DNA from: Mobula hypostoma
Lineage: Eukaryota
Length of the DNA: 64,000 nucleotides
Assembly: GCF_963921235.1 (NCBI RefSeq)
Contig: NC_086097.1
Coordinates: forward strand, 247,816,001-247,880,000
Direction: 5' to 3'
Part shown: positions 1 to 13,844 of the stretch, piece by piece
Layout of the letters: every line of letters begins with the position of its first letter
Position numbering within the stretch: position 1 is the stretch's first letter
Position numbers and translations under genes: made by a program
The notes under the pieces: model-generated
What the model saw: only the letters and a program-made list of their open reading frames with translations
What the model was told of the DNA's origin: nothing
Database searches by the model: none

Positions 1-3000
1 CCATTCACTGTCACTTCACACTGACACTCCACACCTCATACCGACACTGACACACTCCTCTCCACAGTCCCTCACCACCCACTTCATCCCCCATTCACTG
101 TCACTTCACACTGACACTCCACACCAAATACCCACACTGACACACTTCTCTCCACAGTCCCTCACCACTCCCTTCATCCCCCCATTCACTGTCACTTCAC
201 ACTGACACTCCACACCTCATACCCACACTGACACACTCCTCTCCACAGTCCCTCACCACCCCCTTCGTCTCCCCATTGACTGTCACTTCACACTGACACT
301 CCACACCTCATACCCACACTGACACACTCCTCTCCACAGTCCCTCACCACAGTCCCTCACCACCCCCTTCATCCCCCATTCACTGTCACTTTACACTGAC
401 ACTCCACACCTCATACCCACACTGACACACTCCTCTCAACAGTCCCTCACCACCCACTTCATTCCCCATTCACTGTCACTTCACACTGACACTCCACACC
501 TCATACCCACACTGACACACTCCTCTCCACAGTCCCTCACCACCCTCTTCATCCCCCCATTCACTGTCACTCCACACCTCATACCCACACTGACACACTC
601 CTCTCCACAGTCGCTCACCACCCCCTTCATCCCCCATTCACTGTCACTTCACACTGACACTCCACACCTCATACCCACACTGACACACTCCTCTCCACAG
701 TCCCTCACCACCCCCATCATCCCCCATTCACTGTCACTTTACACTGACACTCCACACCTCACACCCACACTGACACACTCCTCTCCACAGTCCCTCACCA
801 CCCCCTTCATCCCCCATTCACTGTCACTTCACACTGACACTCCACACCTCATACCCACACTGACACACTCCTCTCCACAGTCCCTCACCACCCGCTTCAT
901 CCCCCATTCACTGTCACTTCACACTGACACTCCACACCTCATACCCACACTGACACACTCCTCTCCACAGTCCCTCACCACCCCCATCATCCCCCCATTC
1001 ACTGTCACTTTACACTGACACTCCACACCTCACACCGACACTTACACACTCCTCTCCACAGTCCCTCACCACCCCCTTCATCCCCCCCATTCACTGTCAC
1101 TTCACACTGACACTCCACACCTCATACCCACACTGACACACTCCTCTCCACAGTCCCTCACCACCCCCTTCATCCCCCCCATTCACTGTCACTTCACACT
1201 GACACTCCACACCTCATACCTACACTGACACACTCCTCTCCACAGTCCCTCACCACCCCCTTCATCGCCCATTCACTGTCACTTCACACTGACACTCCAT
1301 ACCTCATACCGACACTGACACACTCCTCTCCACAGTCCCTCACCACCCCCTTCATCCCCTATTCACTGTCACTTTACACTGACACTCCACACCTCATACC
1401 GACACTGACACACTCCTCTCCACAGTCCCTCACCACCCGCTTCATCCCCCCATTCACTGTCACTTCACACTGACACTCCACACCTCATACCGACACTGAC
1501 ACACTCCTCTCCACAGTCCCTCACCACCCACTTCATCCCCCATTCACTGTCACTTCACACTGACACTCCACACCAAATACCCACACTGACACACTTCTCT
1601 CCACAGTCCCTCACCACTCCCTTCATCCCCCCATTCACTGTCACTTCACACTGACACTCCACACCTCATACCCACACTGACACACTCCTCTCCACAGTCC
1701 CTCACCACCCCCTTCGTCTCCCCATTGACTGTCACTTCACACTGACACTCCATACCTCATACCCACACTGACACACTCCTCTCCACAGTCCCTCACCACC
1801 CCTTCATCCCCCATTCACTGTCACTTCACACTGACACTCCACACCTCATACCCACACTGACACACTCCTCTCCACAGTCCCTCACCACCCCCATCATCCC
1901 ACATTCACTGTCACTTCACACTGACACTCCACACCTCATACCCACACTGACACACTCCTCTCCACAGTCCCTCACCACCCCCATCATCCCACATTCACTG
2001 TCATTTCACACTGACACTCCACACCTCATACCCACACTGACACACTCTTCTCCACAGTCCCTCACCACCCCCGTCATCCCCCATTCACTGTCACTTCACT
2101 CTGACACTCCACACCTCATACCGACACTGACACACTCCTCTCCACAGTCCCTCACCACCCGCTTCATCCCCCCATTCACTGTCACTTCACACTGACACTC
2201 CACACCTCATACCGACACTGACACACTCCTCTCCACAGTCCCTCACCACCCCCTTCATCCCCCATTCACTGTCACTTCACACTGACACTCCACACCTCAT
2301 ACCCACACTGACACACTCCTCTCCACAGTCCCTCACCACCCCCATCATCCCACATTCACTGTCACTTCACACTGACACTCCACACCTCACACCCACACTG
2401 ACACACTCCTCTCCACAGTCCCTCACCACCCCTCTTCATCCCCCATTCACTGTCACTTTACACTGACACTCCACACCTCATACCCACACTGACACACTCC
2501 TCTCCACAGTCCCTCACCACCCCTTCATCCCCCCATTCACTGTCACTTCACACTGACACTCCACAACTCATACCCACACTGACACACTCCTCTCAACAGT
2601 CCCTCACCACCCACTTCATTCCCCATTCACTGTCACTTCACACTGACACTCCACACCTCATACCCACACTGACACACTCCTCTCCACAGTCCCTCACCAC
2701 CCTCTTCATCCCCCCATTCACTGTCACTCCACACCTCATACCCACACTGACACACTCCTCTCCACAGTCCCTCACCACCCCCTTCATCCCCCATTCACTG
2801 TCACTTCACACTGACACTCCACACCTCATACCCACACTGACACACTCCTCTCCACAGTCCCTCACCACCCCCATCATCCCCCATTCACTGTCACTTTACA
2901 CTGACACTCCACACCTCACACCCACACTGACACACTCCTCTCCACAGTCCCTCACCACCCCTTCATCCCCCATTCACTGTCACTTCACACTGACACTCCA

Positions 3001-4100
3001 CACCTCATACCCACACTGACACACTCCTCTCCACAGTCCCTCACCACCCGCTTCATCCCCCATTCACTGTCACTTCACACTGACACTCCACACCTCATAC
3101 CCACACTGACACACTCCTCTCCACAGTCCCTCACCACCCCCATCATCCCCCCATTCACTGTCACTTTACACTGACACTCCACACCTCACACCCACACTGA
3201 CACACTCCTCTCCACAGTCCCTCACCACCCCCTTCATCGCCCATTCACTGTCACTTCACACTGACACTCCATACCTCATACCGACACTGACACACTCCTC
3301 TCCACAGTCCCTCACCACCCCCTTCATCCCCTATTCACTGTCACTTTACACTGACACTCCACACCTCATACCGACACTGACACACTCCTCTCCACAGTCC
3401 CTCACCACCCGCTTCATCCCCCCATTCACTGTCACTTCACACTGACACTCCACACCTCATACCGACACTGACACACTCCTCTCCACAGTCCCTCACCACC
3501 CACTTCATCCCCCATTCACTGTCACTTCACACTGACACTCCACACCAAATACCCACACTGACACACTTCTCTCCACAGTCCCTCACCACTCCCTTCATCC
3601 CCCCATTCACTGTCACTTCACACTGACACTCCACACCTCATACCCACACTGACACACTCCTCTCCACAGTCCCTCACCACCCCCTTCGTCTCCCCATTGA
3701 CTGTCACTTCACACTGACACTCCACACCTCACACCCACACTGACACACTCCTCTCCACAGTCCCTCACCACCCCCTTCATCCCCCCATTCACTGTCACTT
3801 CACACTGACACTCCACACCTCATACCCACACTGACACACTCCTCTCCACAGTCCCTCACCACCCCCTTCATCCCCCCATTCACTGTCACTTCACACTGAC
3901 ACTCCACACCTCATACCTACACTGACACACTCCTCTCCACAGTCCCTCACCACCCCCTTCATCGCCCATTCACTGTCACTTCACACTGACACTCCACACC
4001 TCATACCCACACTGACACACTCCTCTCCACAGTCCCTCACCACCCCCTTCATCCCCCATTCACTGTAACTTCACACTGACACACTCCTCTCCACAGTCCC
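1..4100. repeat. ~90-bp minisatellite, ~45 copies, C/A-rich on + strand, truncated by the window edge
   Basis: Unit CCATTCACTGTCACTTCACACTGACACTCCACACCTCATACCCACACTGACACACTCCTCTCCACAGTCCCTCACCACCCCCTTCATCCC repeated head to tail. Confidence 0.98.
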
Positions 4101-6379
4101 TACTGACACACTCACTGACCTACTGTGTTTTCCACATGCCCTGCTGCTACTGAGAAGAGTTGCTCCTGTCAAGTCACTTTGACACTTTATTATTCCTAGT
4201 CAGAGTGACATTGTGTACAGATTCTGCTGCATCTAGCATCACTTTATGTACAATTAGTCTATGTTTGTACAGTCACTCTGAAAAAGTCACTTGTACATTG
4301 TGTTTATGGGATTGCTATCATATTTATTGTGGGTATCTTTGTTTTCCTTTAATTATGTCTTTTGTTCATTTTATTTCTCTCTGCTGCATTAGATCCGGAG
4401 TAACAATCAATCGCTCTCCTTTACATTTGTACGCTGAAGAATGGCAATAAACAACCCTGAACCCTGAATCGTTTCTGGATTGGCACTCGTTCCATACACT
4501 GATTATCTGCTGTGCAGAAGACTGGGCCATGGTTACGGGTAATTCCTGCCAGCAGATACAACACAGATCTCAGTGCAAAATGCTCCCCATTACTACAAGG
4601 CAATGTATTTTGACAGGAAGATAAGAAGAGGTAATGTAAGTTATATGGTGTAATTTTAAAAAAAATGCAGACAGGAAGAGTCCAGAGAATTCACATGGTG
4701 AGAATAATGAGAGGAACTTGGGTTATAAAGCCAAATGGAAATGTTTACAGGATCATACCCATCCACAGGAGGAGGAAATTATGGCTGATCAACCTCTCTG
4801 GCTCAAAGAGAACTATTACATAGAACCTACAGTATGACAGTACAGATGTTGTGCTGACATTTTAACCTACTCTAAGACCAATCAAACCTTCCTCCTACAT
4901 AACCCTCTATCTTCCCATCATCTGTGTGCCTATGAGCCCCTTACATCCTTGCTCAGGGGTGGCCGTGGTTACAATATTTCCTGTCAGCGGATCCAGCACA
5001 CATCTCAGTGCAAAATGATCCCCATTACTGCAAGGCAACATATTTGGCAGGAAGATGAGAAGAGGCACCATTACTTAATTGGTGTTTTATTTAAGAGAGA
5101 CAGATCCAACGCAGATCTACCACCAACCCCGGCAGGGCATTCCACATACCCACCAAGTTCAAGTTCTAATGTATTGTTGTTCAACAGTGCACATGTATAC
5201 CACCAAATGAAACAATGTTCCTCCAGATCAAGAAGCACAAGACAGTACATAGAACTCACATACAACACATAAAGTAATATTATCACAAATAAAATTAACA
5301 ATTAATTATCTCACAGCCTGGGTGACGAAGCTGTTTCCCATCCTGACAGTCAGTCCTCGTCCTAATGCTGTGGTACCTCCTGCCTTGTGGTAGGGGGTTA
5401 AGACAATTGTAGGATGGATGAGCGGGAGTTTTAGAGCCCTGCACACACAGTGCTCCTGACAAATATCTTGGATAAGTGGAAGAGAGACACCAATGATTCC
5501 CTCAGCAGTCCTCACAATCCTTTGTAGGGTCTTGCGATCAGATGCCTTACAATTCCCTTACCAGACGGTAATACAGTTGGTCAGGACACTCAATGGCACT
5601 CCTGTAAAAATTGGTTAAAATGGTGGGAGGGGGCAGCCTCACTCACCTCAATCTCTCTCTCAGTAAAAACCTACCTCTGACATACCCCCTATACTTTACT
5701 CCAGTCACTTTAAAATGATGTTCCCTGGTATTAACCTTTCCCATCCTGGAAAAACGTCTCCGACTGTCCACTTGATCTGTGTCACTCATCAAATGAAAAT
5801 CTTTTAAAATCAGAGTCAAAGTAAATTTATTTAAAATTGCATATATGTTACCATATACAACTTGAGATGCGTTTAGATTTCAAAGTAATGCTAACATAGG
5901 AAAATGAATATTGCAAACCTACAAACTAAAAATGATATAGCGTTTCTCCAATCCCATTGTGTTTTCTTCAGAATGAATTTAATATACCTGACGTTCTCTG
6001 CTTTGTAGTCTGTGCACCTCAGTGAAGAACCTTCAGTCTCACTGGCATGCTTGACCTAGTCTGACCCTCACAAATTTACTGAACAGGGAACCATGTCTGA
6101 TCTGATGGCTAAAAACTCTGCCGGCACACCTGCAAAAGGTCCTTCAGCGAGATGAATTGTGAAAAACATTGCTTCATGACCCACATTCTGATCGTCTTTT
6201 GTCCAATTCCACCCCTTCTCAGCCTACCTAAGCTCCATCTTATTCTTCATCCCCCTGCCTCCCCTCCCTTACCTGCTACCTTCCCTTTACTCTCACAGTT
6301 CGGATGCAGGGTCACACACTGGTCCTCAGAGATGGATCAGAAGTGGAAAGGGTGAGCAATTTTAAACACCTCTGAGGAT

Positions 6380-6580
6380 CGATCCATAAGACAAAGGAGC
6401 AGAATCAGGCCATTTGGCCCATCGAGTCTGCTCTGCTATCTCATCATGGCTGATCCATTTTCCCTCTCCTAAGCCCCACTCTCCAGCCTTCTCCCTGTTA
6501 CCTTTGATGCCATGTCTAATCATGAACATACCAATCTCTGCCTGAAATACACCCAACGACCTGGCCTCTACAGCAGGACC
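6380..6580 (-). mobile_element. CR1 3' end fragment
   Basis: VEARSLGVFQAEI..F.I.HGIKG motif plus CR1 3' UTR. Confidence 0.85.
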
Positions 6581-6649
6581 CAACATATCGAATGTAGCTA
6601 CGTGCACGGCACGGTGGCAGCTATATTTCATTGGGAGTCTGAGGAGATT

Positions 6650-7760
6650 TGTTTCCTCAAGGAAAATCTAGTCTGACAAATCTTGTTGGAATTCTTTGAA
6701 GAAGTAACAAGCAGGATAGATTAAGGAGAATGGGCAGATGTTGTGTGCTTGGATTTTCAGAAGGCCTTTGACAAGGTGCCACACATGAGCTGCTTAACAA
6801 GCCCATGATATTACAGGAAAGATTCTAGCAAGGATAAAGCAGTGGCTAATTGGCAGGAGGCAAAGAGTGGGAATAAAGGGAGCCTTTTCTGGCTGCCAGT
6901 GACTAGTGGTGGTCCCCAGGGGTCTGTGTCGGGACCGATTCTTTTTATGCTACATGTCATTGATTTGGATGATGGAATTCATGGCTTTGTTGCAAGGTTT
7001 GTAGATGTTACGAATATAGGTGGAGGGACAGGTAGTTTTGAGGAAGTAGAGAGAAGGGCTTAGACAGATTGGGAGAATGGGCAAAGAAATGGCAGATGGC
7101 ATACAGTCTCTGGAATGTATCGTCATGCACTTTGGTAAAAGAAGTGAAAGGGTTGACGGTTTTCTAAATGGAGAGAAAATACAAACAACTGAGACGCAAA
7201 GGGACTTGGGAGTCCTTGTGCAGGATTCCGTAAAAGTTAATTTGCAGGTTGAGTCTGTGGTGAGAAAGGCAAATGCAATGTTAACATTCATTTCAAGAGA
7301 ACTAGAGTATGAAAGCAAGGATGTAATGTTGACACTATAAAGCACTGGTGAGGCCTCGCTTGGGGTATTGTGTGCTGCTTTGGGCCCCTTATCTTAGAAA
7401 GTAAGTGCTGAAGCTGGAGAGGGTTCAAAGAAGGCTCAAGAAAATGATTCCAGGATTGAATGACTTGTCATATGAAGAGCGTTTGATGGCTCTGGGCCTG
7501 TATTCATTGGAATTCAGAAGAATGAGGGGTGACCTCATTGAAACCTATCGAATGGTGAAAGGCTGTGACAGAGTGGATGTGGAGAGGATGTTTCCTGTGG
7601 TGGGAGAGTCAAACACCTAGAAGACACAAACTCAGAGTACAGGAGTGTTCTTTTAGAATGGAGATGAGGAGGAATTTCTTCAACTAGCAAGTGGTGAATC
7701 TGTGGCATTCATTGCCGCAGACATCAGCGGAGGCCAAGTCACTGGGTACATTTAAGCAGG
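6650..7760 (+). mobile_element. 5'-truncated CR1 RT fragment
   Basis: LDFQKAFDKVPH, PQGSV.GP.LF, LERVQRR..KMIPG, RMRGDLIETY motifs. Confidence 0.92.
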
Positions 7761-7779
7761 GATTCATAGGTTCTGGAAT

Positions 7780-8036
7780 AGCAAAGATCTCCTACAGTCC
7801 ACTCTCCTCTCCTATCAGATTCCTTCCTCTTCAGCCCATTACCTTTCCCACCCACCTAGCTTCACATACACCTTGTAACTAGTCCTCTCCCCCCACCCAC
7901 CTTTTTTATTCTGGCATCCTCCTCCTTCCTTTCCAGTCCTGAAGAAGGGTCTCGGCATGAAATGTCGACTGTTTATTCATTTCCATGGATGTTGCCTGAC
8001 CTGCTGAGTTCCTTCAGCATTTTGTGTGTGTTGCTT
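7780..8036 (+). mobile_element. Penelope-like terminal-repeat fragment with degenerate hammerhead core (7934-7971)
   Basis: Pyrimidine-rich tract followed by CAGTC-CTGAAGA-AGGGTCTCGGCAT-GAAA-TGTC-GACTG. Same tail as the 38428-38865 copy, which is attached to a GIY-YIG C-terminus. Confidence 0.7.
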
Positions 8037-9494
8037 AAGTATGCAAGAAAGGTTTTCACTGTACGTTGGTACATGTGAGCATAATAAACCAATACCAGTA
8101 CCCTGCATTCCAAGGATTAAAGATACAGCCTCTGTTGTTTGCACTAGATCATAGTTCAAAAGTTCAAAGTTCAAAGTAAGTTTTATTATCAGAGTACATA
8201 AATGTCACCACATACAACCCTGAGATTCTTTGTTTCCTGCAGGCAGACTCAGCAAATCTATAGAATAGTGACTATAACGTGATCATTTAAAGGTCATGTA
8301 GAGCATCAAAGACAACAAACTGTGCCAACGTAAATATAACTAAATAGCAATAATGAGAGCATGAAATAACAAGATAAAAGGTCCTTAAAGTGAGATCATT
8401 TCTTGTGGGAACATCTCAGTAGATGAATGTAATTATCCCCTTTTATTCAAGAGCCTGGTGGTTGAGGGGTAGTGACTGTTCTTGAACCTGGTGGTGCAAG
8501 TTCTGAAGCTCTTGTACCTTCTGCCTGATGACAGCGTTGTATATCCAACACTCCAGTTTCTTGATATTGAACTACACTTTCTACAATTCTCCTTGCGATC
8601 AACATTTGCCTTTTGAGTTATGAAGATGTCATTTCAGGAATCAGTGACACTTGGAAGAGCATAGATCAAGTTATCCATCGTTCCCAAATTTCCAGAACAG
8701 ATTGCATCTCAAATGGAATCCTGATGTATTGGAATGGACCAAGATGAGCAATTATTACTGAGCACTGTTGAACTTCCATCAAAGCTAATTTGCTGGTACG
8801 TATGGAACCTGTCAAGGATCATGAAGATCTGATCTCCACCTAACGGAGCCAACAGGAGGGTGCAGAAGTTGGTTCACCAGGATGTTGTCTGGATTGGAGG
8901 ACTCTCAACCGTTCAAAGTACACTTATTATCAAAGTATGTATACAGAGCACAACTCTGAGATTTGCCCTCTCACAGACAGCCACGAACATTGGGGAACCT
9001 GTTCAAGAAAACATCAAACACCCAATGCGTGAAAAAAACCAAAATGCACAAACAGCAAGAAATAAGTGAACAACGCATAAAATATCAAACATCAAACCAG
9101 TAGCATTCAGCTTAGTTTAGCCAATGAAGGCCTCAAGGCTATTCCTTGTGGAAGAGCCCCAGTGTTCGTCCTTCATTCAATAATACACAGTGGATCATTT
9201 CTAATAAGTCACACTCTTTATTATTCACTAAATGCCTTTCCTCAGGTCCACCTTCCTCCTCCTATTTCATCTATCCTCTGCTTCACCAGCATGAGGCTTC
9301 ACATTTCTCCTCTCCACTACCTTTATCTTTACCCCAAGGTAGCAAATTGAAATGTTGACTGCTTTTCTCTCCACAGCAGCAGATAGACCTGCCATCTAAA
9401 CCACACCATGAATAGAAGTGTCAAGTCCCTCATCATCGATGTCCTGAAATCATTACACCCCAGAAATTTAATTAGACCAGCCATAAAACTTCTT

Positions 9495-9860
9495 GGGGTG
9501 GTGGGGTGGGGATACATCTCTACCAAAGGAGGTGCAAGGCGCTCCTTTCCTCTGCTAGCCTACAAGTCACCCTTGGGCAAGGTGTAGCACCTGCTTAGCC
9601 CCACAGTCAGGGTCACATGAAGCCACGGGGGCAGGTGGTGGATGGTTGTATGAACAGCTGATGCATATCACGTCCTGGTTATACGACCACTGACGCCAGG
9701 CAGACAATCTCTGAAGAGTATTGATAATGGCTGGGGTCACCGTCTTGTAAAGACTGCCCAGAAGAAGGCAATAGCAAACCACTTCTGTAGAAAAATTTGC
9801 CTAGAACAGTCATGGTTATTTAGATGGAGGACAATGATTGCCCACATTGTACATGATAAA
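9495..9860 (+). mobile_element. Interspersed SINE-like repeat with an RTE/BovB-like motif (copy 1)
   Basis: Clearly homologous to 25320-25860. Contains GAAGAAGGCAATAGCAAACCACTTCTG, resembling the RTE-BovB/Bov-A motif GAGAAGGGAATGGCAAACCACTTCAG. Confidence 0.6.
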
Positions 9861-10584
9861 GACTCTAGTTACAGAAACTATGCAGCATGCAATAGCTTCC
9901 CTCTGAGTAAAACACCATGCTGACTGAGAAATACATTGCCATTCTTTCATCATCAGTGGATCTACTGTATGTGTTGAACTTCCCCACCAAAAAGAATTAT
10001 AAATGTATAATAATCAACTTACACACAGCTCCAGGAGCACTGTCACTGTCACAGTAAAGCAGCATCAATCATCAAGGAACCCACCACCCAATTCATGCTC
10101 TCCTCTCATGGCTCCCATCAGGAAGAAGGTACAGGTGCCTCAGGATTCACACCACCAGGTTACCCCTCAACCATCAGGCTCTTAAACCAAAGGGGATAAC
10201 TTCACTCAACTTCACCTGTCCCATCACTGAACTGTTTCCACAACCTATGGGCTCACTTTCAAGGACTCATCATCTCATGTTCTCAATATTCATTGCTTAT
10301 TTATTTATTATTATTATTATTTCTTCTTTTTGTATTTGCGAAGTTTGTTGTCTTCTACACTCTGGTTGAATGACCTAATTGGGCAATCATTCATTGATCT
10401 GTTATGGTAATTATTTTATAGATTCACTGACTATGCTCACAAGAAAATATATCACAGGATTGAATCTAGTGTCATATACTGTATGTGCTTTGATAATAAA
10501 ATTTACTTAACACTGCTTGAAGGACTTTACCAGCACTAAGCACATCCTAGTTAGTTTTAGTGGCTGTTTGTTAACTTCAACAGG

Positions 10585-10905
10585 GGACACAGTAGTGTAG
10601 TGTTAATTGCATTGCTTTACAGATCCAGTTGTTAAGATTGGCTTCAATTCCCACTACTGATTGTAAGAAGTTTGTATGTTCTCCCTGTGACTGTGGGTGT
10701 CCTCCGGGTGATTTGGTTTCCTCCCACATTCCAAAAGATGTACGGGTCAGGGTTAGTAAGTTGTGGGGGGCATGCTATGTTGGCGCCAGAAGCATGGTGA
10801 CACTTGTGGGCTGCCCCCAGCACTTCCTCAGACTCTGTTGGCTGTTATGCAAACAACACATTTCACTGTATCTTTCAATGTACCTGTGACAAGCAAAGCT
10901 AATCC
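10585..10905 (+). mobile_element. tRNA-derived V-SINE (HE1-like)
   Basis: Degenerate A/B boxes (TAGTGTAGTG, CTTCAATTCC) and V-domain GAAGTTTGTATGTTCTCCCTGTG...GGTTTCCTCCCACATTCCAAAAGA. Confidence 0.8.
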
Positions 10906-11954
10906 TTGCTTTAAGATTCATAACTATTACAAGTAGCATCACAATTTCAGGCATAAAGTATACAGATGGCTCTTAGGTTCACCTCTGAACTACAAGAATT
11001 AAAAAGCTGAGGCCATATTAAATTTGATTAAACCACTTATAAATTTCTGTGTGTTGCCCTGTTAAAATAATTATTATATTGAAGCACAGTTCAAAGTCCA
11101 TGGAAAAGTTAATGTAATATAGTCAAAGTAGGTCTGTGAAGGACTCACACCACCAGGTTCAGGAACAGTTATTACCCCTCAGCCATCAGGGTGAACTTCA
11201 CTCAACTTTACTTACCCATCACTGAAATTTTCCCACAACCTGTGAACTCATCTTCACTGACTCTTCATCTCGTGTTCTTGATATTTATTGCTTATTTATT
11301 ATTACTATTTCTGCCTCTTTGTTTTCACACCATTTGTTGTCTTTTGCACGCTGGCTGAATGCCCAAGTTGGCGAGGTCTTTCACTGATTCTTTATGGTTA
11401 TTATTCTATTTTGCATTTATTGAGTATGCCCACAAGGAAATGAATCTCAGGGTTGTATGTGGTGACATGTATGTAGTTTGATAATAAATTAAATAAGTAA
11501 GTAAATAAATTTACTTTGAACTTAGAGCTTTGTCGACTGTTTACCCCTCTCTGTAGGTACTACCTGATCTGCTGGGTTCCTGCAGCATTTGTGTGCATTT
11601 CCCTGGATTTCCAGCATCTGCAGATCTCTTATGTACAGGAGAGCCTTGTATTCTCAGAGAAAGTGAAATTTAGAAATTAGAGTATCTAAGGCAGATAATA
11701 TGAACATAGAAGAGGGGAGGGTAAAATGACATGGCTCATGGAAAGATCCCTTTTAGGAAAGTGTTTGTCCGTGTGCTCAGATGGACAGAGAAAGACCAGC
11801 ATTTCTAAGAGTATCTGGTCAGTATCTGGAAGCACTATACTTCCACAGTGCAGCACTGATTACACCTAAGGTATTTTATTGACATCCAAACACATTCCTG
11901 ATATGATTAAATGGCAGAATATACTGAGTGTATGTTTGTGGTCTTCTGCTGTTC

Positions 11955-13260
11955 CAGCAATGTGTGGTACCCACCTGCTTCAAGCAGGCTTCAATCTTAC
12001 CGGTGCCCGAGAAAAGCGTGCTAACCTGTCTCAACGACTATCACCCAGCGATGAAGTGTTCTGATAGGCTGGTGTTGAAACATAACAGCATCCGGCTGAG
12101 TGGCAACTTGGATCCACTCCAATTTGCCTACCGGAGCAACAGGTCTACAGCAACCGCCACCTCATTGGTTCTTCACACAACCCTGGAGCATCTGGACAGC
12201 AAGGATGCATACATCAAGATGCTCCTACAGAGCATTTAATACCATCACCCCCTTGAAACTGATCAGTAAACTCCAAGACCTGGACTTCAATACCTCCTTG
12301 TGCAATTGGATCCTGGATTTCCTCACTTGCAGATCCCAGTCAGTTCTGATCAGCAGAAACATCTCCTCCACAATCTCCATCAGCACAGGAGCACCACAGG
12401 GCTGTGTACTTAGTCCCCTGCTCTACTCGCTTTACACCCATGACTGTGTGGCTAAATACAGCTCCAACACCATATACAAGTTTTGCTGAGGACACCACTG
12501 TTGTGGACCGTATCAAAGATAATGATGATTCAGCCTACAGGAGGAAGATTGAAAATCTGGCTGAGTGGTGTCATAACAACAACCTCTCACTCAATGTCAG
12601 CAAGACCAAGAAGCTAATTGTAGACTTCAGGAGAGGGAAACTAGAGGTCCGTGAGCCAGTAATCATTGGAGAACCAGAGGTGGAGAGGGTCAGTAACTTT
12701 AAATTCCTGGGTGTCACTATCGCAGAGGACCTGTCCTGGACCCATCATATAAATATTATTGCAAAGAAAGCACGACAGCAACTCTACTTCCCCAGGAGAC
12801 TATGGGGACTTGACATGACTTCAAAATCTTGACAAGCTTCTATAGATGTGTAGTGGAAAGTGTATTGACTGGCTGCTTTACGGCCTGGTATGAGGACACC
12901 AATGCTTTTGAACAGAAAATCCTACAAAAGGTAGTTGATTCTACCCTCCCAACCATTGAGCACACCTACATGAAATGCTGCCATAGGAAAGCAGCATCTG
13001 TCATCCAAAATCCTCACCATCTAGGACATGCTCTTTTCTTGCTGCTCATTGGGCAGAAGGTACAAGTGTCTCAGGACTCACACCACCCGGTCTAAGATCA
13101 GTTACTACCCCTCAACCATCAGGCTCTTGAACAAAAGAGGATAATTACACCCACCTATTGAGACATTCCCCCACAACCAATGATCTCACTTTACGGACTC
13201 TTTATCTTGTTATTTCATGCTCTCATTATTTATTTATATTTGCATTTCAACAGTTTGTTG
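11955..13260 (+). mobile_element. Rex1/Babar-clade LINE RT fragment, decayed
   Basis: [72 protein letters not shown]; frameshifted. Confidence 0.88.
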
Positions 13261-13262
13261 GA

Positions 13263-13557
13263 TGTTTTTTATTTGTTTGTTTTTGCACCATTCTCTGTAA
13301 ACTCTAGAGACTGTTGTGAATGAAAACCCCCGGTGATCAACAGTTTCAAAGATACTCAAACCACCCCATCTGGCACCAATCATTCCACTGTCAAATTCTC
13401 TTAGATCACATTTCTTCCCCATTCTGAACAACAACAGAATCTCTTGACCATGTCTGCATGCTTTTGTGCATTAAGTTGCTGCCACCTGATTGACTGATTA
13501 GATATTTGCATTGATAATCAGGTGTACAGGTAAATCTAATAAACTAGCCACTGAGTG
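13263..13557 (-). mobile_element. Tc1-like non-autonomous fragment (TIR plus N-terminal HTH)
   Basis: MGKKCDLREFDSGMIGARWGGLSIFETVD..GFS.TTVSRVYREW is a Tc1 paired-like HTH. Terminal CACTCAGTGGC-type end. Related copies at 24104-24680 and ~62605-62725. Confidence 0.8.
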
Positions 13558-13844
13558 AACATAGACTGATTGTATGTCTATCAAGTGAAGAGAGGTACAG
13601 GAGTGTCCATACACAAGGTGACTCTGACAGGAAATAATAAAGTAGTGGTGGAAGGGAGTGTAAGATTCTAATGATGTTTTGATTGGAATTGTACAATGCT
13701 TTTCTTGGAGAATAAGGAACAAAAACTTGTACTTATAAAGCACCTGTAACATTGCAGATGTCACAAAAAGCACCAGATATTGAAAATAATTGATGTTGCG
13801 TCACATAGGGATATAGTACAATTTCTGGATAGTAATTTTGAGTA

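Noticed and set aside
1..4100. Coding potential of the 90-bp repeat (unit length divisible by 3)
   Set aside because: Frequent 1-bp length changes in the C-runs and 11-bp deletions break frame; no ORF was called and there is no splice support.
5988..6129. Minus-strand AG...GT-bounded segment (CCTTTTGCAG|GTGTGCC ... CAG|GTATAT) considered as POU6F2 exon 3
   Set aside because: In phase with exon 2 it reads GVPAEFLAIRSDMVPCSVNL* and does not resemble the expected GARGNPALSDPGTPDQHQ. The pyrimidine tract is short. At most a cryptic or poison exon, unsupported without RNA data.
9505..9600. Possible HDV-like ribozyme at the 5' end of the RTE-related repeat
   Set aside because: I could not assign a nested double pseudoknot by eye; it needs an RNAMotif/Infernal scan.
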